Source: Macrostomum lignano
Taxonomy: Eukaryota
Assembly: GCA_002269645.1 (NCBI GenBank)
Contig: NIVC01002505.1
Location: 44,072-108,071 of the forward strand
Direction of reading: 5' to 3'
DNA: 64,000 nt
A program made the position numbers and the translations under genes. The notes under the pieces are model-generated. The model searched no databases. It saw only the letters and a program-made list of their open reading frames with translations, and had not been told where the DNA came from. Each line of letters starts with the position of its first letter. Position 1 is the first letter of the stretch. Below are positions 13,021 to 24,100 of this stretch, one piece after another.

Positions 13021-13576
13021 CATTGCCGCTCTGGAGCGTGCTCGCATGGTTGAACAGATGTTCCGGACTAGCGGCGGCGGCTATATGAGACCGCCGCAGC
13101 AACATCACCTGCCGCCTCCGCCGCATCACCAACCGCCGCCGCCTCCTCCAACCCTCCCTGTGTCGGCCGCCGAGATGGTTGCAATGCTGCAAGCTCAACA
13201 CCAGGTCAGCTTCGCTTCATCAATGTCGCAGCCTCCGCTACCGCCTCCGCCGCACAGCGTATTCAGCGGCGCCTCTATCGGCCTTGATCCGCACAGCTTC
13301 CTGCCGCCAAGGCTTCCGCAGCATCCGCCACATCCGCAGCAGCAGCAGCAGCAGCAGCCACCGTCGCACCCAGCCGGAGGTCCTCCTCACCCGTTGCAAA
13401 ACATGCATCCGCACGAGGTGGCGCAGTTGCAGCAGTTATACGCAGCTGCCATAGCCGCTCAGCATCATCAACAACAACAGCAGCAGCAACCGCCTAGGCA
13501 GCCGCCGCCACCGCAATCGCCATTCTTTCCTCCGATGGATCCCAGATATCCATTTGATCCTAGCATGTTTATGTGA
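9023..13576 (+). CDS. RERE: RERE/atrophin-family corepressor (BAH, ELM2, SANT, GATA-like zinc finger, short atrophin box); join(9023-9660,10909-11160,11675-13576), about 930 aa if one missing base near 9576 is restored
   Basis: BAH region ending [32 protein letters not shown]; ELM2 exon; SANT GWT...[21 protein letters not shown]...[10 protein letters not shown]; CxxC...CxxC with [11 protein letters not shown]; [10 protein letters not shown] atrophin motif; canonical GT-AG sites. Confidence 0.9.
9720..10855. repeat. Minisatellite, 31-bp unit ctacccctgtctacctctacctcatgctcct, RERE intron 1
   Basis: Direct reading of the tandem array; it accounts for the three overlapping long ORFs here. Confidence 0.95.
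11185..11545. repeat. Minisatellite, 43-bp unit gggagaattgggatcttggggaaggtggatacgggtgttgcta, RERE intron 2
   Basis: Tandem copies spaced 43 bp apart. Confidence 0.9.
12950..13018 (+). repeat. Coding CAG/CAA repeat, 23 Gln
   Basis: Run of CAG/CAA codons in frame in RERE exon 3. Confidence 0.95.
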
Positions 13577-15916
13577 GAAAACGTTTTTAGGTCTGGTACA
13601 ATTGTTGTTTTGTAAATTATGCCCAAAATAAAAATTATCGTCTAATAGTGAAAAAGGGCGTGTGCTACATTCGAAAGCAGTTAATTCCGTAGTCCCTCAT
13701 ATAAAAAATGGGCCATAATGCGTTTTGTTGCGTCGATTTCTGGTGTTGTCGGTTAATTTCGATTATTAATAGTTTTATTGAGTTTGTAATTGTATATAGA
13801 CTATATAGTCACGGCATGATAATGATTGAATTTCTATATTTAACCATTGCATGCTTTTCTTTAGTCCGGTACGATGTCTTTGTTATATTGTCTGTACGAT
13901 TTTACATAATTTACGGCTTTAATTTGTTTTTAAAAGTAACACGATTCTGGAATAATATAACTCAATGGTAACCTTTATCTTATGCTATTATACGTATGGC
14001 ATATCCTGATATGTGCTTAGGGAGTTTTTAATTAGTTTACAATGACTTCTTAGTTGTTTCTATTTGTAACAATACACCCCTTACGTCTTTATAAAAGCAA
14101 AATAAAAATAAAGCGCAAAAAACAGACATTTAATCAACTGTGTTTGTGAAGTGTTTCAGCTGAAGTGTTTGTTTTCCGTGTTTTTTTGTGTTTGGTAAAC
14201 ATACGCAAATACATGGAGCTTTTTGTTCTATTGTTAATTTTTGTGAATTAGCCTCCGTTCATGAGTTATTGGTTTACAACATCATTAGTTGCAATGGCTT
14301 CGTCGGTAAGAGTAATTAATAAATGAATATTATACAATACATGCTTCATCAACTTTGGCAAGGCGAGCTTTTAAGTAGAACAGAAAACCTTATTTTATAT
14401 ATTGAAAAGGTAATTATTCGACCAGCTTTCTTTAGATGCGCTTGCAGCAATACTTTGCAATGATAAAAACGATTTTTTTATCTCTGCAGTGTATTTCTCC
14501 TGCCAACCATGCAAACCAGCAAGTTTAAAAAAACGTTTCTCGTCCAAAAAGTTTCTTAAGAATCTAAGACTTCCATCATATTCAAGTTGAGCAAAAGTAT
14601 AGTTAGTAAAGTCAAGTAAAGTAAAAGGATGGGAAGCTATTTTAGTAAACTTAACTTGAGGTAACTCAACTTGAGTAGTCCGCGATTAAAGTCTAGAACA
14701 TAATTTTTAGTATAATAGGATCCTTAGTCAATTCGAGATGCAACGCCGCCTATAACCGGCAAAGAAAAACGTTACTTTTAAAAAACAAACAAATAGAAAT
14801 AGTTTTTCTATTTAATTTATTATTGAATTCTTTAACTTTTTTGTTTTAACTAATAAAAATCGTTCTATATTTTTCAAATAAATGCTTACTCGCCAGTAGA
14901 ACTAAATTCTTCGTTTTTTCTCAACATTATGTATATGCCCGTGTCCGTGATGTACTTAACTTGGCCTCACTAAAATTAAGCATAGTGAGCTGTAGCCTGG
15001 TGGCAGAGTGATATTTTTCCTGCTTTTCCACAGCTTCACATCAGTTCTATTTACCTGAATAGGTAATGTTTTCAAAACAGGGTCATACTCATACTTGAAT
15101 TGATATTGCATTGCATTGCCGATTGCAAATTTAAAACATTTTAGAGTTAGACCTATGCTACGACCATGGTCCATGGGCTTTTGGCCGTCTGATTAAAAAA
15201 AATTAGGGCCAGGCGTATCCGATAGGCCTAATACAACTATTAAGAATAGACATTAATTTGTTAGGCTTGGCCACCTAACCAGTTTCTATTCTATTTAGCC
15301 TAGGTCCTACCTACATTGCTACATTGCCATTTATGATGACCAGATTGGCCAGGCCGCCCCAGCATTTGCGCATGTAAACTGTAGGTGGCTCAAGCACTAA
15401 CCAATTGCTAGAGATATAAGCTTGATTTCTAGGTATTTGGCTCAAGTCCTCAAGATAGTTAGGGTTAGTCATATGCCATGATTATGAACAAGTGCAGCTT
15501 TACTTTGAATAGATATTATATATCATTTAGCAATCATTTCTTAGGTCTGAAATGAACTCCTTAAAACTGTTTTTATAGGCTTACAATGCTACATACAAGG
15601 CTCATATTTATCACTGCCAAGTGCCAACTACTTTAAATCAACAAGTTGTTGCTATCATTCAGAGACTAACAAATTAGATTTTTTCATCAAAATTAATCAA
15701 GACCAAGACTGCCACACTTGGGGGAACTAGATAGAGGAGAAATTTAGCATAATGTGCTATTAGATGGTGCTAGAAAAAAGATGAGTAGGTCACTGTAGGT
15801 GGGCCTAGGAGAACCAGTAAGACAAGGTTGCAAAAAAGGAACCTATGAGAGAAGAATAGCAATGCTAGAAGATAGGTAACTCTCTCTTAATTCCAATACC
15901 AATAGCCAATAAAAGC

Positions 15917-16891
15917 GGCATTCCTTCAGTTTACAATCATTTTTCTACCCACATTTTGGTTCACGATCCCCATGTAATTTTTCATATAAATGATCATAGC
16001 TTGCTTGAAATAAACAAAAATTGTTAAACTGAGCTTATTCGTTACATTAAAAAAACTGAACGGAATAGCCGATAAATGGTTTCTTTCATGGCATGGCGAT
16101 GACAAGGATCCTATATATCCACTTCGGTTTACAATCATTTAAACGGAAGCAATACATGTAAATGATTGTGAACCGAAGCTAGCATATGTGTGTAAGGGGG
16201 TTTTGGTGTTTTACAAGCTCTATTTGAAATTGATCACTATCTCAATACATGGCTAGCTTCGGTTCACGATCATTTACATGTATTTTTTCCATTTAAATGA
16301 TCGTGAACCGAAGCTAAGGGGGGTGTCAAAGACATATGTAGTCATATATTTATTTGTTGGCTTGTTGGCGATTGAAATGTCATCTTGAGTTAATGTGCGC
16401 TCCCAATTAACTTGATGCTTTATTATTCTCTGCACGCTGCCACCCCCCCTCAGCTTCAGTTTACGATCATTTAGATGTAAGCAATACATGTAAATGATCG
16501 TGAACCAAAGCTAGCCATGTATTGAGATAGTGATCAATTTCAAATAGAGCTTGTAAAACACCAAAACCCCCTTACACACATACGCTAGCTTCGGTTCACG
16601 ATCATTTATATGTATCTTTTCCATTTAAATGATCATAAACTGAAGTGGATATATAGGATCATCTTTGGATTCTTGGAACTGTGAAATGGATCACTATAAC
16701 CCCTTTACCTTCTTTTTTCATTTGAACATGCAGCTAGTGTTATGATGGATAAATAAAAAGGATTGGAGTGCTTGTCTACTGATTTTTTTGCATTTTGATG
16801 AAATAGACAACAATTTTGTATCTTCCCTATCTGGCTATCTCTCCAATGGGGATCGTCACTAATTTCAATGATCGTAAACCGAAGGAATGCC
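15917..16891. mobile_element. Foldback/TIR element copy A with nested internal palindromes
   Basis: Ends ggcattccttcagtttacaatcat / atgatcgtaaaccgaaggaatgcc; internal inverted blocks about 16110-16325 versus 16443-16660; repeated motif ctagcttcggttcacgatcattta. Superfamily uncertain. Confidence 0.75.
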
Positions 16892-17131
16892 ATAATAGCT
16901 ATATGGTAGTCTTAGTATATGCCAAATGGCAGTCTTAATCATGTGCTAATACAACACTATTCAAAATTAGGGTGCTAGGTTAGAAGTTAGGGTGCCAATT
17001 GGTACTTATCAAAATTTTTAGTTTTGCAATTTGATATTCTATTTTTAATCTAATTTTTATCATCTACACCTAGGCCTACTTATTTTCCCTATTAAATGAT
17101 ATCTAAATAGCTACATATATTATTACTACAT

Positions 17132-18526
17132 GGTATTCCTTCTATTTACAATCATTGAAATTAGTAAAGATCCCTATTAAAGAGATAAGGAAAAGACAAA
17201 ACTATTTTTTTTATCAAAATACAAACCAACAATCAACAAGCACTCCAATCCTTTTTATTTATCCATCATAACACTATCACTTTACATTACTAATAAAAAA
17301 CCAAAGCTAAAAAGGTTTTAGAAATCAATTTCATAGTTCCAAAAATCCAAAAACAAATCCATAGAAAGACAGTCCTATATAGACCTAGTGTCCATTTCAG
17401 TTTACAATCATTTAAACAGAAGCAATATGTGTAAATAATCATAAACCAAAGCTAGCATATATATAATGGGGTTTTTGGTGTTTTACAAGCATTAGGCCTA
17501 TCAGAAATCAATTACTATCTTGATGCTATGCTAGCTTTAGTTCAAAATCATTTATATGTATTGGTTCCTATGTATTGGTTCATAATCATTTACATGTATT
17601 TTAATGATCATAAACCAAAGCTAAGGGGGGAGAGTATATAGGGAATAAAGTATCAATATGACTACATGTCTTCAATATCCCCCCTTCCTATTAGAATAAA
17701 TGTTGAAAACTCGCAGATATGTGCTTTAGAAAAGAAGTCAAATTATTTTATTGCATTTTAGGATTATTAGAAATCATTTTCTATTAGAATCAACATTAGC
17801 TAACTTTCTAAAATTGAAATTGAAATTTTTTTAAATCAAATTCAGAAAAACAAAGTTTAGTATGACCAAAACTCACTTTTTAATTCTTGATTTACTGCTT
17901 ATGCCAAACAAAATATATGTACGTGTAACACAATTTAGTTTATTTTAGCCACTCTTACACACTTCCAAAATTTTGACTTCCTAATATTTTCAAAATTGAA
18001 ATTCACTCTTGATAATTCCAAATTTTTGAAAATAAAAACTGAAATTTTGGAACAACTCTAAGCATTATACAAGAAATTACAAGTGTATAGCCCTCCTTAG
18101 CTTCAGTACAATCATTTAAATGGAAGCAATACTATAAATGATCATGAACCAAAGCTAGCACATGTATCAAGATAGTGATTGATTTTAGATTATGCTTGTA
18201 AAATACCAAAAACCCCTGTTATATGACATACTAGCCTTGGTTCACAATCATTTACATATATTGCTTCCATTTAAATGATCGTAAACTGAAGTAGATATAA
18301 GATCCTTGTCATCGCCATGCCATAGGAGAAACCATTTGTTGGCTATTCTGTTACAGTTTTTCTAATAAAACAAATAAGCTCAATTTAACAGTTTTTGTTT
18401 TGTTCAAGCAAGCTATGATCACTTGAATAAAAAAATACATGGCCATGGGGATTGTAAACCAAAATTTTTACATGATCCACCTAAACTTTTCAGGTAGAAA
18501 AATGATCATAAACCAAAGGAATGCTC
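17132..18526. mobile_element. Foldback/TIR element copy B, inverted relative to copy A and more CpG-decayed
   Basis: 17132-17290 is the reverse complement of the right end of A; 18230-18526 is the reverse complement of the left end of A. Flanks read cat / cat (possible 3-bp TSD, PIF/Harbinger-like, tentative). Confidence 0.7.
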
Positions 18527-19222
18527 ATACATGCGCGACCCCCAAATTTTGGTCGGCCATGTGACTTAGTTTTAACAAAAATGCGACATACTTTTTGGCC
18601 AAAAATGCAACTTACATGTAAAAAAAACCCTAGAACAAAATTAACACAACTTTGGGTAAACGGCAGGAGTAACTGTAACTGTCTTATTAAGCCAAAATGC
18701 CTCGTCAGCTACTTAGTACTACTACTTGGGTGTTTTGGGTGGGCAATTTTGTGACTTCCTTGGTTGGCCGCCAAATCAGTCGGCCAGATCGACACTTCGA
18801 TGCTTACTACAATGCTTACTACACTTCAATAATTTTATCTTTACTTTATTATAAAAAAGTCATAGTATTATGATCATAGTATTATTTTGTCACTGTGGGT
18901 CTAAATTCAGGATGCCAAATAAACTTTTCAAAGCCATGATACATGATAGGCCCTACCTTTTTAATATAAAAATAAAAACCCAACTAACAAACATGCTTAG
19001 GCTGCATATGCTACCTAATATTTGAGTCTAGAAAGTCATTTTACCTAATTAGCAACTAAAGTAATTTTTTAAGTTAGCAGTTGCAAGCATATTTTCTGCA
19101 TGAAAATGTTTAATGATAGGCACCTATTTGCAAGAAGTACATTTAGGTTGAATTAGCTCATGTTGCATGGTTTACTCTGTAATAAAAATTGGAATAATGA
19201 ATGTTTATATATTTATATAATA

Positions 19223-19971
19223 TAGCATTTTGCAGCCCATTTGGGCTTACGCACATTTAGTTTAATCCAAGATACGTTTGCCAATGTAACAGAGCTTTTG
19301 TCTATGGTAGCAAGACTGGCGCAGCGGCATTTAATTTGGTCCAAAAAGCATCCATTTGGTCCAAACACCCATGAGCCATTGGACAAACTCTTGCCTTCTC
19401 TCAACTGTCTGCAGGTTGTTGCGCACTGCTGGAATGTTAGCGTCTCTACCAGCAATTTTCAGTTGCTTTTCCAGAGCTCTGCTGATAGTTGAAATCTGAT
19501 AACCAACTGGAACTGTTCCTTCAACTGCTGCTGCATTTTCTGCTCCGTCAACAAAGGGTTCGTCTCTACTGCATCGAGTAGCAGTTGGACCTGAGGCTCT
19601 CGAGCAACTTTCCTTGGCGATTGCCACCCTTTTGCAGGCAATCTCTGCCGGCAGAGTTTCAAGGCGCTGCTGGATGCTGTAAACCACCTTTTCTTTTACA
19701 TTCAGCAACCTTGCAATGTCCTTTGGGTGTTCACCTCCATCGAGTGCTTCGATCACAAGCCAATGACATTCGTTCAACAGCCTAGCATATGGTCCACAAT
19801 TCTGGGACTGAGCTGCAAATGAACTAAATGGACCAAATTGATGCTTGTTGGACCAAATTAAATGCCACTGTGCCACAGCCTTGCTACCATAGACAAAAGC
19901 TCTATTACTTTGACAAACATATATTGGATTAAATTCAATGCACGTAAGCCCAAATGGGCTGCAAAAAGCTA
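19223..19971 (-). mobile_element. Internally deleted Tc1/mariner-IS630-like element retaining a frameshifted N-terminal HTH DNA-binding region
   Basis: About 110-bp TIRs (tagcattttgcagcccatttgggcttacg...) flanked by TA. Minus-strand frames give LVIEALDGGEHPKDIARLLNVKEKVVYSIQQR, LLLDAVETNPLLTEQKMQQQL and ISTISRALEK; no DDE domain. Confidence 0.8.
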
Positions 19972-21123
19972 TATAAATGTTGCCAAAATATTTGAAATTT
20001 ACATATAAGATAAATTAGTTTAAGAATTTTGAATTGTCACAACTATTAGGTGCAACCATCAGTCTAAATAAATATACAATTGCAAGTTGCAACACTTATA
20101 ATTATTTTATACAAAATGTGCTACTAATTTTTTATACAAAAACTTCTATACTTTCTAAACTATGCCATCTTTTGTAGAAAAATGCAAAAGATTTATTTTC
20201 TACATTATATGAATTTCATCATGTCCTTTCTTTAGTGAAAAGTTTTTTAGACATAATATATGCCAATGAACCTTCTGATTTGAAAGGTTGCAGTGCCATT
20301 GTATTTATAAAAAAACCTATAACCTATTTTTCAATCAGTTAATAATTATTCTATTTATTTAACTTAGAATATATCAGTTAATGAGCCTCATTATAAAGAA
20401 ATGCCCTAAACAATATTAGGGCCATTCCAAGAGAGAGAGAGAGTCTCATCATGTTTTTAAACTTTCATCACTTGTAACTTTTGAACCATAATCTAGATAG
20501 AATAAGATGCAAAAAAGCAATCTGTGTCAACCTAGTTCTATATGAAACTATTAAAAAATGAAAGATTGCAAATTGTAATAAGTTAAGGCAGATAAATAAA
20601 AGATAATCTATTTAGATAATAGTCTTTTGTACATAGTCTTTTGATGCATATTGTTAAAACATGATTAGGCTAAGAAATTGGAACATTTTTGGAATAATAT
20701 TTAAGGAAAATATGTTTTACAAATTATATCTACAAAAGAGAATTTTTTACAATCAAAGGCTTAAAAGCCATTTCAGTACAAATTTTAGCCAAATACACAT
20801 ATTTGGATAGAGAGGCATGGTAGTGATCAGTGTTTCTAGTCTAATAGTTCAAGCTAATTAAAATATGCAGAGTTGATGGCTAACTTCTCTATGGCAAACT
20901 GATGGTTTATTTATTATACTTCTAATTGTTTTACTTATCTATAAAACCTTGCATTTCATTTGGTTCAGTCTCTTTTTGATGCTACATGAACATTCAAGTT
21001 TTTTTCGAGATTACTTTATTGGTTTTTTATTCTCAATTTCTGTTAGAAGTTTTAAAGAACACTCCAATCCAGATTTACTAGTTAGGCGTCCTTGCAATCC
21101 AAGCGAGGAAACCTGCAGTTCCA

Positions 21124-24100
21124 ATGAACTCGATAGTCTCCCAGCAGCCAGTTATGTCTACTGGCACTACTAATGTTGGCGATTTCGCCGAACTATTCAA
21201 CGAAATCATTGGCAACGATGGCACCAGCGAGCCGAGCTCGTCAACAGATGAAATGCTAGACTCATTCGATCTGGGCATCACAGCTGCCGAGCTGTTTCCT
21301 GCCGACATCTTCCCGGCTTTGCTTGACAATAATAATGCGGATTGTGGCGGCCCAGATGCAGCGATGGCGGAACTGGAGGATCCGGATTTGGGATTAGTGG
21401 ACTCCTTGTTCACGCCTGAGCAGTCGGACAGCGATAGCGGGCTGGGCAGTGGCGGTTTAGCTGCTGTCAATAATAATCCTACTGCAGGTCCTACCGATGC
21501 GGCTGACCCAGATCACAGCTGCAGCCGCACCCGCCCGTTTGATTGGCGCAGATCTAGAGAGCGCGCTCCCGACGACTGTACCCGCCTTCGGGTTGAAGAT
21601 TTCGTTGTCGAAGGCAGACTGGCCGGTTTCTTGACTCAGACATCGGCTCTGCAGCATCAGCAGCCGCCTCAATTTCAGCTTCAGCATCAGCAGCAGCATC
21701 AACAACAGCAGCTGACTTCTACCACGCAGCTATTTAAATCGGAACCAACTGACGAATTCTTATCGCAGCATCATGGTAGCTTTCGACTTATTCAACCGCG
21801 TCAGTTGAACCGTCAACAACCAGAATTGGCGTCTACTAATTCTATCGTCTCTTCTGCAGTGTCTCCCAGTTCTCCATCTGTGCAGTCATCTGTACCTTCG
21901 CCACATTCTTTTATTGCTACTACTAGTGCTACGGGTATTGATTACGTTGTTGGAGTCCAGAGTCAAGCGTCTACCACTGTTGCGGCTAGTTCTGGAGCTG
22001 CGCTGGTCGAGGGCGATCAGGCCAAAGTCAAACGAATCGAACGGATGATTAAAAATCGGCACAGCGCATCGGAGAGCCGACGGAAACGCAAGGAATATCT
22101 GGACGGATTGGAGAGGCGGGTTCAGGTTTGTTGGCTTGGAGCTTTTGTGTTCGCGTGACTTAAGATTAGGTCAGGGCTGCTTTCGGTTCAAAATCTAAAT
22201 TGGGTGAGCCTGCGGTTCTTAATCAGGCGACCCTCAGGATCTGACCTAAGTCAGGTGGCCTCAGGATCTGAGTCAGATGACCCTCTGGATCTGAGTCAAG
22301 TGACCCTCAGGATCTGAGTCAGATGAGCCTCAGAATCTGATTAAGGTGACCCTCAGGATCTGAGTCAAGTGACCCTCAGGATCTGAGTCAAGTGACCCTC
22401 AGGATCTGAGTCAGATTAGCCTCAGGATCTGAGTCAGATGAGCCTCAGAATCTGAGTCAGATGAGCCTCAGAATCTGAGTCAGATGAGCCTCAGGATCTG
22501 AGTCAGATGAGCCTCAGGATCTGAGTCAGATTAGCCTCAGGATCTGAGTCAGATAAGCCTCAGGATCTGAGTCAGGTGAGCCTCAGGGTCTGAGTCAGAT
22601 GAGCCTCAGGATCTGAGTTAGATAAGCCTCAGGATCTGAGTCAGGTGAGCCTCAGGGTCTGTGTCAGATGAGCCTCAGGATCTGAGTCAGATGACCCTCA
22701 GGATCTAAGTCAGGTGACCCTCAGGATCTGAGTCAGATGAGCCTAAGGATCTGAGTCAGGTGAGCCTCAGGATCTAAGTCAGGTGACCCTCAGGATCTGA
22801 GTCAGATGAGCCTAAGGATCTAAGTCAGGTGAGCCTCAGGATCTGAGTCAGATGACCCTCAGGATCTGAGTCAGATGAGCCTAAGGATCTGAGTCAGGTG
22901 AGCCTCAGGATCTGAGTCAGGTGAGCCTCAGGATCTGAGTCAGATGACCCTCAGGATCTGAGTCAGATGAGCCTAAGGATCTGAGTCAAGTAAGCCTCAG
23001 GGTCTGACCTGAGTTAGGTGAGCTTCAGGATCTGATTCTGAGTCAAGTGACCACCAGGATCTGAGTCAAATGATAACACACATGATTTGAGTCACATGAT
23101 GATTCTCAAGCTGAATCAGGTGACCCAGGATCAGAGTCATGTTGTCAGATCGATGCCCTTTATTTATTCGAATAGTTGCCAGGTGAGCTGAAAAGCCTCA
23201 CATCAGCAGCCAATCAATCAAATCGAACCCCCTCCCCCCATTTGCAGTCGCTAGCCTCCGAGAATGCTTTCCTACGCGACGAGAACTCGCAGCTGCGACA
23301 GCGCTACTCCGAGCTGGAGAGAAAGCTGATCAGCTTGGAGCAGGCCCTGGGCTCGAGCGCTTCCAGCGGCATCGGCGCCTCATCAGCTTTGACAGGTTCG
23401 GGCAGGCGGCGACCTGTCACTGCAATGGCTCTGCTATTGTTCCTGGGTCTCAATCTGGTTGGCCTCGGCGTGTGGCCTCTGATGCCTGGACAGCAGCAGC
23501 AGCAGCCTCAGCAGCCGGGATTTCACTCGTCTCCATCATCATCCTCACTGTTCTACTATTCCAACGGGCCGGGTAGCGAGGAATCGCGAGCTCTTGTGCC
23601 TTATCGAAGGGCTTCATCAGCTGGCCGGCACCTGCTGTCGGCTTCGTCTGCATCCTCGTCGGAGCCTGCGCCAGAGGAGCTGTCCGCTCTGTTTGGTCGG
23701 CTGTGTCCGGCGCATAACAGTACAGAGTCGGCCAGGCTGGCTAAGGAATTGGACGGCTGGGCCTTCAGATATCAGCGGGAGGCTGGGGCCAGGTGCGTTT
23801 TGTGCTTGCTTGTTGAGGTTTGGGTCGATTGTGGACTCTGTACTTCTGTTTGTGGTTTGTATTTATGGTTTATGGCTAGTGTTTATGGTTTGTGTATTGA
23901 TTTGTGGCTAGTGTTTATGGTTTGTGTGTATTGATTTATGGCTAGTGTTTATGGTTTGTGTGTATTGATTTGTGGCTAGTGTTTATGGCTTGTGTATTGA
24001 TTTGTGGCTAGTGTTTATGGTTTGTGTGTATTGATTTATGGCTAGTGTTTATGGTTTGTGTGTATTGATTTGTGGCTAGTGTTTATGGCTTGTGTATTGA

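Noticed and set aside
11842-13454. Antisense and alternative-frame ORFs over RERE exon 3
   Set aside because: Shadow ORFs of GC-rich low-complexity coding sequence.
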